Source of the DNA: a bacterium
Lineage (GTDB): Bacteria; Zhuqueibacterota; Zhuqueibacteria; Residuimicrobiales; Krinioviventaceae
Direction of reading: 5' to 3'
DNA: 64,000 bases
Assembly (NCBI GenBank): GCA_963674595.2
Contig: CAXXFV010000004.1
Span: 64,001-128,000 of the forward strand
The stretch's first letter is position 1; each line of letters opens with the position of its first letter. Position numbers and translations under genes: made by a program. Below, piece after piece: positions 50,828 to 61,820 of the stretch. Below the pieces are notes generated by a model that saw only the letters and a program-made list of their open reading frames with translations, made no database searches and was not told the DNA's origin.

Positions 50828-51808
50828 TATTTCCCCTCCTTTCCGTCAAGTTGTAACAGGGGCAGAAATGATTTTAACTGATCATCAATAATGTATTTTT
50901 GATCTATTTTCGGCAAAACATCATTCATCATTTCCAAATATAAACGGCGTTTTGTAACGTCTTTGGCTTTATTATATTCTCGCCAAACCGAGATAAATTT
51001 TTCAGCATCACCTTTTGCACGGTTAATACGGTTTGTTGCGTATCCCTCAGCTTCTAAAATAATCTGTTCGGCCTGACCTTTTGCCTTTGGAATGGTGGTG
51101 TTATAGGCTTCCCAAGCTTCATTGATAATACGTTCCTTTTCCTGCCGGGCTTCGTTCACTTCGTTAAATGCAGGTTGTACCGGCACCGGTGGATTAACAT
51201 CCTGAAGGTTTACGGTAACGATATCAATACCGGTTTCATAATCATCCAATAATTTTTGCATTAACTCCATTGCACGAAGCGCAATATCTTTTCTTCGCAG
51301 GATAATGACTTCATCAACACTGTTATCACGGCCACCTGCCGCATAACAGATTCGGAAACATCTCGTATGGTTGAAGTTACATTTTGAACTTTGAACAGAA
51401 ACTTTGCCGGGTCCTTAATCCTATATTGAACAATCCATTCTACCAGTGCAGAATTCAAATCTCCTGTTAACATAAGAGATTCACGGCTAAAGTCTCCCCG
51501 AACATATTCGGTTTGAACTCCGGCCCGGGCCGTACGAAATCCGAATTCTTCTTTAAAAACTCGCTGTACTTTAACTTTTTTTACAGTCTCAATTCCCAGG
51601 GCAATTTAAAATGCAATCCAGGTTGAGTAGTAATTCACATATTTTCCAAATCTTTGAATAACACCAACCTGATCAGCATCTACAGTATAGATGGAAGAAA
51701 AAACAATAATCAAGGCAACTATCAAATCACACCATATAAAATAGTCCGATTATTGACGTCCGGCACCTCGATATTTTCTCCACCTACGTTAATGACACGT
51801 TTTTTCAT
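50827..51808 (-). CDS. hflK: FtsH modulator HflK, split by at least three frameshifts
   Basis: ATG 51808; fragments KEEFGFRT, MLTGDLN..VEWIVQYRIKDP, LQDVNPP.PVQPAFNEVNEARQE, TKRRLYLE. Confidence 0.88.
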
Positions 51809-51829
51809 GCAGAGATTCTCCTTATTATT

Positions 51830-53118
51830 TTAAATAACCGTATTATCACGTATAACAGCTCCTTTTGTAACAATTACAATTCCACTATTAATATAATAAC
51901 CACTCTCCTCGTTAGTTTCTTCTGCAATATCTTTTCATTAATTATTTTTACATTCTTTCCAATTCTGGCATTTTTATCGATAATTGCTTTTTTTATGATT
52001 GTATTTTGGCCGATTCCTATGGGTGGAATATCGGAATTACGATCCGATTCAATTTCATCATGGGTCTGATAAAAATCCGCACCCATAATTAAAGAATCTT
52101 CAATTATAGAATTAGGACGGATTCGGGAACGAATGCCTATAATTGAACCTTTTACTATTGCCTGACTTATTATACAACCATCACATATCATCGAATTATC
52201 GACATGACTATCAAATATTTTGTTTGGCGGCAAAAAACGGGGCCGGGAAAAAATTTGTTTATCTGCATCATAAAAACTAAATCTGGGGTTTGGGTGCTCA
52301 AGCAAATCCAGATTCGCTTTATAAAAAGCTTCAATCGTTCCTATATCTTCCCAATAGTCATTAAACAAATATGCCTGAACATTTAATTCATCTAAAGAGG
52401 ATGGAATAATCTCTTTACCAAAATCTGTTTGGTTTGCATTTTCGGATAAAAGTTTTATTAGCACTTCTTTTTTAAATACATAAATACCCATCGAAGCGAT
52501 ATAAGGTTTTTGTGTTGCTGTTTCTTTGTCAAGCCCAAGAACTTTCGTGTCCACTTGCATGGACTTTAAAGCATCACCTGTTGGTTTTTCTTTAAACTCT
52601 TTAACCCTTCCATGATCATCTATTTTAAGCAACCCAAATTCAGATGCATTTTTTTCGCCTTCGGGAACAACGGAAATGGTTATATCGGCATTGGTTTCAC
52701 GATGATGATCAACAAATTTCTGATAATCCATACGGTAGAGGTGGTCACCGGACAAAACCAAATAATCAGTCACACGCATATGTTTAAACCGATGTATATA
52801 TTGACGAACAGCATCAGCGGTTCCCTGAAACCAATTGGTGCTTTCCGGGGTTTGTTGTGCGGCCAGAATTTCAACAAATCCATCCATAAAGGGAGAAAAC
52901 TGGTATGTTTTAACAATATGACGGTTTAAGGATGCAGAGTTAAACTGGGTGAGGATATAAATTTTCTGAATACCGGAATTAATACAGTTACTGACCGGAA
53001 TATCAATTAAACGGTACCTTCCGGCTAAAGGAACGGCAGGTTTTGCACGCATTTTTGTAAGCGGATAAAGACGTGTGCCTCTACCACCTCCAAGGATAAT
53101 CGATAATACGTTGTGCAT
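51830..53118 (-). CDS. glgC: Glucose-1-phosphate adenylyltransferase; frameshift ~51933 hides the true C-terminus
   Basis: [58 protein letters not shown]; alternate frame gives [23 protein letters not shown]. Confidence 0.95.
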
Positions 53119-53227
53119 AAAAAATTCCTGTGTTTGGTTATTTTAGTATTTACGGTGCTGCCGCAGTAAGAAATGGTACTAGTAATATATCGACTCCATA
53201 TCAAAACTGCAACAGCCAAATAATATT

Positions 53228-56200
53228 TTATCGTTCCGGATAGGAAGGAATTTTAGGTTTTGAGGACACTGTTTTCAATTGTTCCAGTAAATACTCTATA
53301 GCTTTGTCTAATTGCGGGTCCAGACCATTAACAACCTGTTCAGGACGATTTTCCACTTCCATGTCAGGGGCAACGCCTATATTTTCCACGGCCCATTTAC
53401 CTTCGGTATCAAAAAAACTGAACTGAGGAATGGTTATCGATCCACCATCAATTAAAGCAGGATTGGCAGTGATTCCAATTAATCCTCCCCACGTACGCTT
53501 TCCGATAAGCGGGCCAAGCCCTCTTTTGCGAAAATAATAAGGAAAAGCGTCGCCGCCGGAACTAGAGTATTCGTTTATCAGACATACTTTTGGGCCTTCA
53601 TGCACAAAAGCCGGTGTTTGTGTAATCACCTCTCCACGGCGCGCCCAGTAATTGACAACCTGACGGTCCAACAGTTCGATCATTCGTTCCGGAATAAATC
53701 CGCCGCCGTTATATCGCACATCAATAACAAGTGCATCCTTTCCGGCTTGTGGATAAAACCACCGAAACAATTCCTTGTTACCTTCAAACGCCGTGTTCGG
53801 CAAATGAATGTAACCGACACGACCGTTTGTTTTTTTATCCACATAATCACGGTTCTTAGCAACCCAATCCAGATAGCGTAAATCCGATTCACTGGCTATG
53901 GGTTTGAATTTTACGTCCCACGCGCCCTGATAGGAAGGTTTATTATTAATGGTTAATGTAACGATAGTGTTTAAAGTATTTTCCGTATATTTGTAAAAAT
54001 TATCTTTGGCGGTAACTTTATTTCCATTAACAGCTAAAATATAATCGCCAACTGCGGCCTTAACGCCCGGCATTGTTAATGGTGATCGCCAGTTTTTATG
54101 CCAGTTTTCACCTTTGAATATTTTTTCTATTCTATAAAATCCGGAAACCGGCTGCAGTTCCGCGCCTAAAAGGCCGGATTGAATTCTTTTAACTTTTGGC
54201 TGGTCTCCCGGCTGCACATAAGTATGCCCGGTTGCCAGTTCTCCCACCATTTCACCAAAAATATAATCCAAATCAGCACGATGGGCAACATAAGGGACGA
54301 GTGGCTCATATCTGTTTTTAATGCCTTCCCAATCCACGCCATGCAAGGAAGGATCATAAAACCAGTCCCGAAAAATCCTGTAAACATCGGTAAACATTTG
54401 CACCCACTCTTTTTTGGGATCTATATGCATGGTCAATTTATCTGTTGCCAATTTACCGTTTTCTTTTTGGTTCGGTTTCAGGTCGGCAATCCCGTAGGAT
54501 TTTCCATTTTTATAAATAAATTTTTGTGCATCAAACGTCAATCTGTAACTGTTAATATTAGTCATGACCGTTTCTTCTTTTCGGTTTTCCATGTCATAAT
54601 AAAACAGCGATGTTTTACCATTATGACGACGTAAATATACCGGACCGGTTGTTGATGCGCTCAAGGCCTGATAACCACCAGGTGAAATATCCAAAGCTAC
54701 TACCCGGTCAGGAAAACCGTCAATATCGATTTTTATATCACCATTGTGGTTGTTATTTGATTCATCCTGTTCTTTACCCTGATTTTCTTCATCGCTCTTG
54801 GGTTCAAAAGGATTAGGGCATGCTTTTGTTAGCGTCACTAAAAAGATCCGATTGCTGTTATCATAAATATAATCAAATTCGTATTCACTAAAACTCAGGT
54901 TAAAATCACGCTGGGAGATAAAATACAGGTATTTCCCGTTCGGATCAAAAACCGGATTGGTGTCCTGTGTATAATCCTTTGTCAATTGAAAGATTTTTTT
55001 GTTTCTAGTATCATACAACCAAATACTGTTCATCTGATTTTCAGATTGTTTGGTGTAGGTGAGCCAACGACTGTCCGGTGACCAGTTTATATCGTTGATT
55101 ATAGAATAGGATGCTTTATCAGCCACAATAATTTTACCTGTGGAAATATCAAGGATTCCAAGCTGCATTTTTTTATCAGAAAACGCAACACAGCGTGAAT
55201 CCGGCGACCACACAGGCTCAAATGTCCACACATTATTTCCGGATGTCAATTTTTTCGGGGGATTTTTCCCCATAGGATCTGCTAAATAAAACTCGTATTC
55301 GCCGGAAGCATCACTTTGGTAAATGATATGCTTTCCATCCGGTGACCACACAGGCGTTCGTTCACGCACGCCCTGGGTATTGGTAATATTTCGAACATTA
55401 CCGTTTTCAGCCGGTATGGTAAAAACATCTCCCCGGGCACAAAACAAGGCCCTTTTGGCTGAAGGAGAGAGACTAAAAGATTCAATCCACTTATCCACTG
55501 TCTTGTAAACAGGTCTTGTCATTGGAAGATCATCATAAATTGAAACATCAATTTTCCGACTTTTACCGGTTTTGGTATCCAAATGGTAAATATATCCGCC
55601 GTTTTCATAAACAATACCGCCGACCCCTCTACTGGGCCACAAAACATCGAACTCTGAATAATCCGTTACTTTTTGTGTATCTTTTGTCTCTGTGTTATAT
55701 TTGTACAAGTTTAATTTGTTATCCCTATCCGATGTAAAATAAATATCTTGATCCACCCACATGGGGAAATTATCCGTTGCATCCGTATCTATTATTTTTT
55801 CGGAACTGTTTTCAGCAAAATTATAAATCCAGATGTCCTGTGCGCGTCCACCGCGATACCGTTTCCATGTTCGAAATTCACGTGAAATAGGATTGTAGGC
55901 GATTTTTTTCCCATCCGGGGAATAGGTGGCAAGCCCGCCTTCGGACAAGACCAGTTCCTGTTCATATCCGCCTGAAATATCAACAAGGTAATATTTGCCC
56001 AATCTTTCGCCGTAGGGCACGCGGTTGCACCGGACCAGTATCTTTTTACTGTCCGGCGTCCAATCCATAATTTGATAATCCCAACCGCCTCTTGGGGGCA
56101 ACGGACCTACATCGGCATAAAAAGTCAGTTGTCTGGGTTCTCCACCGGTGGAAGGCATCACATAAACCTGACGGCTCCCGCTGTATTCAGCAGAAAAAGC

Positions 56201-56428
56201 AATCCATTGACCATCAGGAGAAAATCTGGGAAAAAGCTCCATACCTTCATGAGATGTTAAACGTCGCGCCGTACCACCCTGTGCTGAAACCAGCCACAAA
56301 TCACCTGCATATACAAAAACAACATCGTTGTTATGAATATGTGGAAAACGCAATAACCGTGCTTCGGCAAAAACAAGGCTAACCATGGAAAAAAGAATGG
56401 CCAAACAAAGTAATATTTTTGATCTCAT
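53228..56428 (-). CDS. Tricorn protease (peptidase S41)
   Basis: PD40 propellers, PDZ, VGYIHLPNT, DVRYNGGG, SSSGGDAFPYYFR, GKRTWGG, ENIGVAPD, DPQLDKAI. Confidence 0.94.
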   Translation of the reverse strand: MRSKILLCLAILFSMVSLVFAEARLLRFPHIHNNDVVFVYAGDLWLVSAQGGTARRLTSHEGMELFPRFSPDGQWIAFSAEYSGSRQVYVMPSTGGEPRQLTFYADVGPLPPRGGWDYQIMDWTPDSKKILVRCNRVPYGERLGKYYLVDISGGYEQELVLSEGGLATYSPDGKKIAYNPISREFRTWKRYRGGRAQDIWIYNFAENSSEKIIDTDATDNFPMWVDQDIYFTSDRDNKLNLYKYNTETKDTQKVTDYSEFDVLWPSRGVGGIVYENGGYIYHLDTKTGKSRKIDVSIYDDLPMTRPVYKTVDKWIESFSLSPSAKRALFCARGDVFTIPAENGNVRNITNTQGVRERTPVWSPDGKHIIYQSDASGEYEFYLADPMGKNPPKKLTSGNNVWTFEPVWSPDSRCVAFSDKKMQLGILDISTGKIIVADKASYSIINDINWSPDSRWLTYTKQSENQMNSIWLYDTRNKKIFQLTKDYTQDTNPVFDPNGKYLYFISQRDFNLSFSEYEFDYIYDNSNRIFLVTLTKACPNPFEPKSDEENQGKEQDESNNNHNGDIKIDIDGFPDRVVALDISPGGYQALSASTTGPVYLRRHNGKTSLFYYDMENRKEETVMTNINSYRLTFDAQKFIYKNGKSYGIADLKPNQKENGKLATDKLTMHIDPKKEWVQMFTDVYRIFRDWFYDPSLHGVDWEGIKNRYEPLVPYVAHRADLDYIFGEMVGELATGHTYVQPGDQPKVKRIQSGLLGAELQPVSGFYRIEKIFKGENWHKNWRSPLTMPGVKAAVGDYILAVNGNKVTAKDNFYKYTENTLNTIVTLTINNKPSYQGAWDVKFKPIASESDLRYLDWVAKNRDYVDKKTNGRVGYIHLPNTAFEGNKELFRWFYPQAGKDALVIDVRYNGGGFIPERMIELLDRQVVNYWARRGEVITQTPAFVHEGPKVCLINEYSSSGGDAFPYYFRKRGLGPLIGKRTWGGLIGITANPALIDGGSITIPQFSFFDTEGKWAVENIGVAPDMEVENRPEQVVNGLDPQLDKAIEYLLEQLKTVSSKPKIPSYPER

Positions 56429-56447
56429 AAACCCACTCCCGTTATTA

Positions 56448-57407
56448 TTATGCAAGCTGATTTCCTAATTTTAAAAATTCCCGGCACATCGCATCAATTG
56501 CTTGCTGAGTGTGCCCGGCACCAACCGGGTCCGAATACCACCTGGGAATAAAACCGCCCTTTGACGTTCCCAAATGACGAACCATATCGCGGCAATATTT
56601 TCGAATATCATCCATTGAGCCGTTAACCATGGTATTTTGAATATCTACCGGAGCAAAAAAGGTCAATCGTCCCCGGAAGCGATTCCCCAGCTCTTCAAGG
56701 CCCATATTTTCCTGCTGGTCCATGTGAATGACATCCAAACCAATTTCTATTAAATCATCCAAAATGTCAACAATATATCCGCAACTATGTAAAAACGTCA
56801 GCAACCCGGCATCATGGGCCGCACGATAAATTCGCTCATAGCGCGGTTTCCAAATTTGACGCCATTTTTCCGGAGAAATCATCAACTTGTTTTGCAATCC
56901 CCAGTCATCCGGAAAAATATAACCATCGGCTCCCAATTCTGCATATTTTTTAATGGCATATAAATTCATTTCAACGAGAATATCAATAATTTCGCCCAAT
57001 TTTTCGGGATTTTCATAAATATCCATCCAAGTGTTTTCCAATCCCCGAATAAAGTGCACCCTTTCATAAATTGAAACACCGGAGGCCAGAATAAATTTTT
57101 CTCCGGCCTGTTCACGAATATTTTCAAGACTTTTCCATCTTTTATCATCCGAAATATCCGGAATTTTTAAATTGGATAGTTGACTCCACTCTTTTAACGG
57201 AAACTCCTGTACTTCTCCAAGGTTCATATTGCCAATATTTTTCCAAACTGCCCCCCATTCATCGATGCCGTTTTTAGGACGATCATCAGGTGACGGCGAC
57301 ATATTTACAAAAACAAAATCAGAACCATAATTTTCCGGAAAATCATAGGCAAGTCGTTCAGGGGATTTGAACAGAATTGAATTCATCACTAGTTCTTGGC
57401 TGGTCAT
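56448..57407 (-). CDS. Uroporphyrinogen decarboxylase/MtaA-like family protein
   Basis: DEWGAVW, RGLEN, PDDWG.Q..LMISP, FLHSCG, DLIEIGLD, VDIQ, GGFI. Confidence 0.85.
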   Translation of the reverse strand: MTSQELVMNSILFKSPERLAYDFPENYGSDFVFVNMSPSPDDRPKNGIDEWGAVWKNIGNMNLGEVQEFPLKEWSQLSNLKIPDISDDKRWKSLENIREQAGEKFILASGVSIYERVHFIRGLENTWMDIYENPEKLGEIIDILVEMNLYAIKKYAELGADGYIFPDDWGLQNKLMISPEKWRQIWKPRYERIYRAAHDAGLLTFLHSCGYIVDILDDLIEIGLDVIHMDQQENMGLEELGNRFRGRLTFFAPVDIQNTMVNGSMDDIRKYCRDMVRHLGTSKGGFIPRWYSDPVGAGHTQQAIDAMCREFLKLGNQLA

Positions 57408-57449
57408 CAGGTACCTCGTTATTTATTGTTAGATTATTTCCAGATATAA

Positions 57450-58637
57450 TTAAGAATCAAAGCAGTCGGAAAGCAATACGCAAATTTCATCGTATAATAA
57501 TATTCCCTGCTCTGTTAAAAACAAATATTTATCTTTAAATCCAAAGTATTTTTCTGTTGTTGAATTTTGAAACGGCAATACTTTATTATCAATTCCACCA
57601 AGCCGGTCAATAGCTTTTAGAGCGGATTGCAGGAAATCACCTCCTGTTTCAAACTTCCATTCGGATAAATTAATTCCTCTTTTTCTACGGAGACCCAGAA
57701 GGATCAATTCTTCATGTCTTTTTGTATTATCCAATTTTTCATACTCCTGCACCGGTAATTGTTCGGTTTTAAGCCTGGAACAATAATCATCAAGGTCAGA
57801 TACATTCCACCATCGGCGTTGTCCGTCAAAAGAGTGAGCAGACGGGCCCAAACCGAGAAAATGAGTGCCGTCCCAGTAAGACATATTATGAATGGATTCA
57901 TGTCCGGGCCGGGCGAAATTGGATATTTCATAGTGATCATATCCGGCCGCTTCGAGTGTTTTTTTCCCCTGCAAATACATTTCACGTTCCAGTTCTTCCG
58001 GAGCAGAAATCACATCACCCTGTTCCAGCATGTGCCGCAACGGTGTAGCTTCTTCATAAGTAAGCCCATACATGGAAATATGATCAGGAGATATATTGAC
58101 AGCTTGCTCAAGAGACTGCTTCCAGTCTTTCTGTGTCTGCCCGGGAATTGCATAAATCAAATCAATACCAACATTTTCAAAACCGGCTTGTTTCGCAGCA
58201 AGAATGGCTTGTTTTGACTCAGTGACATCATGTATACGCCCAAGAATTTTCAGTTCTTTATCTAAAAAAGATTGTACCCCGAATGTAATACGATTAATTC
58301 CAGCTTTACGGTATATTAACAATTTTTCCGGCGTAACAGATTCCGGGTTGACCTCAACCGATATTTGTATATTTGCAGACAGCGAAAAATTTTCATGAAT
58401 GGTTTGCAGAATATCTTTAATCTGTTCAACCGACAACAGAGAAGGTGTCCCGCCCCCCAGATAAACAGATTTTATTGTTTCCCCGGTAAAAATTTTATTC
58501 TTATAAAGTTGAATTTCAGTTTTCAATGTTTGAACAAAACACTCTATTTTGGACAAATGTGTTACCGAAAAAAAATCACAATATAAACATTTCTTTTTGC
58601 AAAAAGGTATGTGTATATACAAAACAGGGTCAGCCAT
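57450..58637 (-). CDS. hemW: Radical SAM heme chaperone HemW
   Basis: LYIHIPFCKKKCLYCDF, GGGTPS, GVQSF, YEISNFA, HNMSYW, GLGPSAHS. Confidence 0.92.
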   Translation of the reverse strand: MADPVLYIHIPFCKKKCLYCDFFSVTHLSKIECFVQTLKTEIQLYKNKIFTGETIKSVYLGGGTPSLLSVEQIKDILQTIHENFSLSANIQISVEVNPESVTPEKLLIYRKAGINRITFGVQSFLDKELKILGRIHDVTESKQAILAAKQAGFENVGIDLIYAIPGQTQKDWKQSLEQAVNISPDHISMYGLTYEEATPLRHMLEQGDVISAPEELEREMYLQGKKTLEAAGYDHYEISNFARPGHESIHNMSYWDGTHFLGLGPSAHSFDGQRRWWNVSDLDDYCSRLKTEQLPVQEYEKLDNTKRHEELILLGLRRKRGINLSEWKFETGGDFLQSALKAIDRLGGIDNKVLPFQNSTTEKYFGFKDKYLFLTEQGILLYDEICVLLSDCFDS

Positions 58638-58659
58638 ATTTTATCCATAAATATAATTA

Positions 58660-58687
58660 AAAAAAGCGGTTTTAAAGCCGCTTTTTT
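58660..58687. terminator. Intrinsic terminator-like hairpin after lepB
   Basis: AAAAAAGCGGTTTTAAAGCCGCTTTTTT; U-tracts on both strands. Confidence 0.75.
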
Positions 58688-59411
58688 AATGAATAATATT
58701 AAAAATCCTGTTCCATCTAATCTTGGAAACAAGCTTCCAAATCGGTTCACTTTTGTCCCACGACCAATAAATCACCAGCGCCTCACCGACAATATTTTTC
58801 TTTGGTAAATATCCCCAATAACGGCTGTCCTGACTGTTATCCCGATTGTCACCAAGCATAAAAAAATTGTCCTCGGGAACAACAAAAGGCCCCATGTCCT
58901 GATAATGTGGACTATAATCTGCATATCTCCGAATCGTATAATCACAACCATTGGCCGTTTTAACGTGGTAATAATTAACATAATGCCCGTCAGCAGGATC
59001 AAATTCTTTTGTAACAAAATTTATATCGCCTTCCAGAGAACCGTTTATATAAATATCACCCTGCCGAATTTCCAATGTATCCCCTGGCAGCCCGATACAT
59101 CTTTTTATATAGTCAAGTTTTTCATCTTTAGGATATTTAAAAACAATAATATCACCTCTTTTGGGTTCTTTAAAGGCCGGCATGCGTAACGAAGGTAATT
59201 TAACATCTAAAAGAGGAATTCGGTCCGGGGTCCTGGCTCCATATATAAATTTGTTAACCAACAAAAAATCACCAACGAGTAATGTATCTTTCATGGAGCC
59301 TGTCGGGATACGAAAAGCCTGAATGACAACAGCCCTTAATATTAGAGCTGCTATAATTGCAACTGTAAAAGCTTCTACATATTCCCGCATTGCAGTTTTT
59401 TTCTTGTCCAT
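58686..59411 (-). CDS. lepB: Signal peptidase I
   Basis: IPTGSMKDTLLVGD, RGDIIVF, YIKRCIGLPGD, GDNRDNSQDSRYWG. Confidence 0.96.
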   Translation of the reverse strand: MDKKKTAMREYVEAFTVAIIAALILRAVVIQAFRIPTGSMKDTLLVGDFLLVNKFIYGARTPDRIPLLDVKLPSLRMPAFKEPKRGDIIVFKYPKDEKLDYIKRCIGLPGDTLEIRQGDIYINGSLEGDINFVTKEFDPADGHYVNYYHVKTANGCDYTIRRYADYSPHYQDMGPFVVPEDNFFMLGDNRDNSQDSRYWGYLPKKNIVGEALVIYWSWDKSEPIWKLVSKIRWNRIFNIIH

Positions 59412-59439
59412 TTTTTAACCTTTCACACTGACTTTTGAG

Positions 59440-61041
59440 CTAGTACAACCAGTCCAGTCTATATAACTTTTTTACTGATAAAACAGTTCCCGTTGAAAAC
59501 ACTAATATACAATAAATTATAAAAGCAATCAAACCATAAAATAACAAATTATAGGTCACACTTATAGCAAGGATACAAACACCAATAAACCAAAATACAA
59601 TGGTAATTATAATAGAAAAAAGTGTTCCACCTGCCTGGTACATTTGTCTTGGATTATTCCAATCAAATTTTGAAAAATAAAATCCCATAAAAACACCAAT
59701 GGTAGAAACACCCAGACTGCCGAAAATAAGGTAAATTACCGCCGTCCAAAACAATTCCATCGTGCTATTAAAACGATAAGCTACAATAGCAGATGAAATA
59801 ACAGACAAGGCAGCTATGATGAAAAAAGAAAATGATATTTTCGATAAAACGAATTTCAGTCCGGCTTGCGGAATAATTTTAATGATACCCAAATTTCGAC
59901 CTTCCAAAGGTAAAAGTCGCATTGTATGGTTTACAGTTAAAACATGATGAAAAAACGATATAAAAAGATACGGGTAATACAAAACCCAGGTTTCATAAAA
60001 ACCGTCCATGTCATTCTGCACAATAAACGGAAGGACCAACAGAACAGCAAATAACATAAAGTATTGACTCATGAACCGGCTGTCTCGTTTAATCAGCTTT
60101 ATATCTTTGCTTAAGAAAGAAAAATAAACCTTGTTTTCAAAAGGTCCTCTCATTTTTGTGATGTGTTTTTCAGAAGAACCTTGTGAAAAACAATAAACAT
60201 TTGAAAATCGACTTGCCAATTTTATGGCAACATAATAAAGTAACGCTGCAAAAGCAAACATTAAAAAAATATTCAAGATTGAAATTTTTAAATCAGAGTT
60301 AATATATCCGTACACAATTTTAATAAACCAGGTTGACGGCAATAAAGAAGAATATTCCAAAAACCGGGTGTCCGAATATTTCAGCAAACTATTAAATTCA
60401 AAAGATGTTGATGCCGGATCAAAGTGGGAAATTCGTAAAAACTGATAAGCGATCCATGCTACAATAAAAACAATTACAACAATTATGGACATTATATTTT
60501 TTGCCTTTTTCGGCTGAAATACATGCACAAAACCGATACTTATTATTGATGCAAGAGCTGTCGGAATAACAAGAAAAAGCAAACTTGTAATAAAAAGTAA
60601 GACAATAAAAAACAAGGATGGTATCTCTACCACAACTAATGCAGCAAGTGCAGGAACCAGAAACAATATATAGATAAAAAAATTAGTAAATATGGCATTG
60701 ATAAACTTGGAATAATATATCGATTCTCTGGAAATCGGTAATGCAAATAGAAAGGATAAATCTTTTGCCAGAAAATTTTGGTGCAGCATAAGAGGGATGC
60801 TACTTAACACAAAAAAAAAGAACATACCCGAGCATAAATAAGCTAAAAAATTTAAATAAATATTGATCCCGAAACCCGGAATGGAAATCCATGTAGAATA
60901 GAAATGATAAAAATTGGAAAAAAATACAGACCCGAAAAACAAAACGACCATATATCTCAGGACATTCTTTTTATTTTTACCGGAAATTTTAAACTGATTA
61001 AAAATTTCAGAAATTTTAAGTCGTAATAATAATACGGTCAT
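59440..61041 (-). CDS. ABC-2-type exporter permease with many TM helices
   Basis: DLSFLFALPI....YSKF, LLPSTW, KDIKLIKRD, LEG; adjacent to the ABC ATPase. Confidence 0.8.
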   Translation of the reverse strand: MTVLLLRLKISEIFNQFKISGKNKKNVLRYMVVLFFGSVFFSNFYHFYSTWISIPGFGINIYLNFLAYLCSGMFFFFVLSSIPLMLHQNFLAKDLSFLFALPISRESIYYSKFINAIFTNFFIYILFLVPALAALVVVEIPSLFFIVLLFITSLLFLVIPTALASIISIGFVHVFQPKKAKNIMSIIVVIVFIVAWIAYQFLRISHFDPASTSFEFNSLLKYSDTRFLEYSSLLPSTWFIKIVYGYINSDLKISILNIFLMFAFAALLYYVAIKLASRFSNVYCFSQGSSEKHITKMRGPFENKVYFSFLSKDIKLIKRDSRFMSQYFMLFAVLLVLPFIVQNDMDGFYETWVLYYPYLFISFFHHVLTVNHTMRLLPLEGRNLGIIKIIPQAGLKFVLSKISFSFFIIAALSVISSAIVAYRFNSTMELFWTAVIYLIFGSLGVSTIGVFMGFYFSKFDWNNPRQMYQAGGTLFSIIITIVFWFIGVCILAISVTYNLLFYGLIAFIIYCILVFSTGTVLSVKKLYRLDWLY

Positions 61042-61059
61042 TATAAAAATATTTGTCTG

Positions 61060-61818
61060 TTATTTATTATACAAAAAATCGGATATTTTGGATTCTTTGT
61101 TTGTTTCCGTTAATTCGAGAAATAATTCTTCCAAGTTGACTGCTTTGGAAGAAAAATTTTGTTTAATCTCTTCAATCGTGCCAAGGGCAACAATTTTTCC
61201 GTCTTTAATAATTGCAACCCGATCACACATACGCTCTGCGATTTCCAAAATATGTGTTGACATAAAAACCGTTGTCCCCTTTTCCACCAGTCCTTTTAGC
61301 ATATCTTTAAGATTTTTAGCAGCTTTGGGGTCCAACCCAACAGTAGGTTCATCTAAAAAAAGTATTTTAGGATCGTGTAATAAAGCGCCGATAATCGCCA
61401 CTTTTTGCTTCATTCCATGAGAAAAATCTTCGATCAAGTTATCCAACCGGTCAGATAACTCAAAAATCTCCGCAAGCTGCAGCAAACGATGGTTTGCATC
61501 ATCGTTATTAACGTTATAAACATTTATAAGAAACCTGAAATATTCCCGGGGTGTCAGTTTTTCATAGATATAAGGTTGCTCGGCAACATAACCGAATTGT
61601 TTTTTGGCTTGTAAATCGTTGCTGTGAACATCCAAACCGTTTAAATGAACAAAACCATTTGTCGGTTTTAAAAGTCCTGTCATCATTTTTATTGTTGTGG
61701 TTTTTCCGGCCCCGTTAGGCCCCAAAAACACAAACAATTCATTTTCAACCTGCAAATTCAGATCAGATACGACAACCTTGTCACCAAACTTTTTACACAG
61801 ATTTTCGCATAAAATCAT
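61060..61818 (-). CDS. ABC transporter ATP-binding protein
   Basis: GPNGAGKTT, FSHGMKQK, LFLDEPT, STH. Confidence 0.95.
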   Translation of the reverse strand: MILCENLCKKFGDKVVVSDLNLQVENELFVFLGPNGAGKTTTIKMMTGLLKPTNGFVHLNGLDVHSNDLQAKKQFGYVAEQPYIYEKLTPREYFRFLINVYNVNNDDANHRLLQLAEIFELSDRLDNLIEDFSHGMKQKVAIIGALLHDPKILFLDEPTVGLDPKAAKNLKDMLKGLVEKGTTVFMSTHILEIAERMCDRVAIIKDGKIVALGTIEEIKQNFSSKAVNLEELFLELTETNKESKISDFLYNK

Positions 61819-61820
61819 AA

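Noticed and set aside
13639-53118. Many split genes as true pseudogenes or programmed frameshifts
   Set aside because: Breaks are single-base indels, mostly in homopolymers. They hit conserved genes (hflK, glgC) and cluster locally (48905-49050, 51300-51940), while the reading frames otherwise look intact. This is typical of unpolished assembly error.
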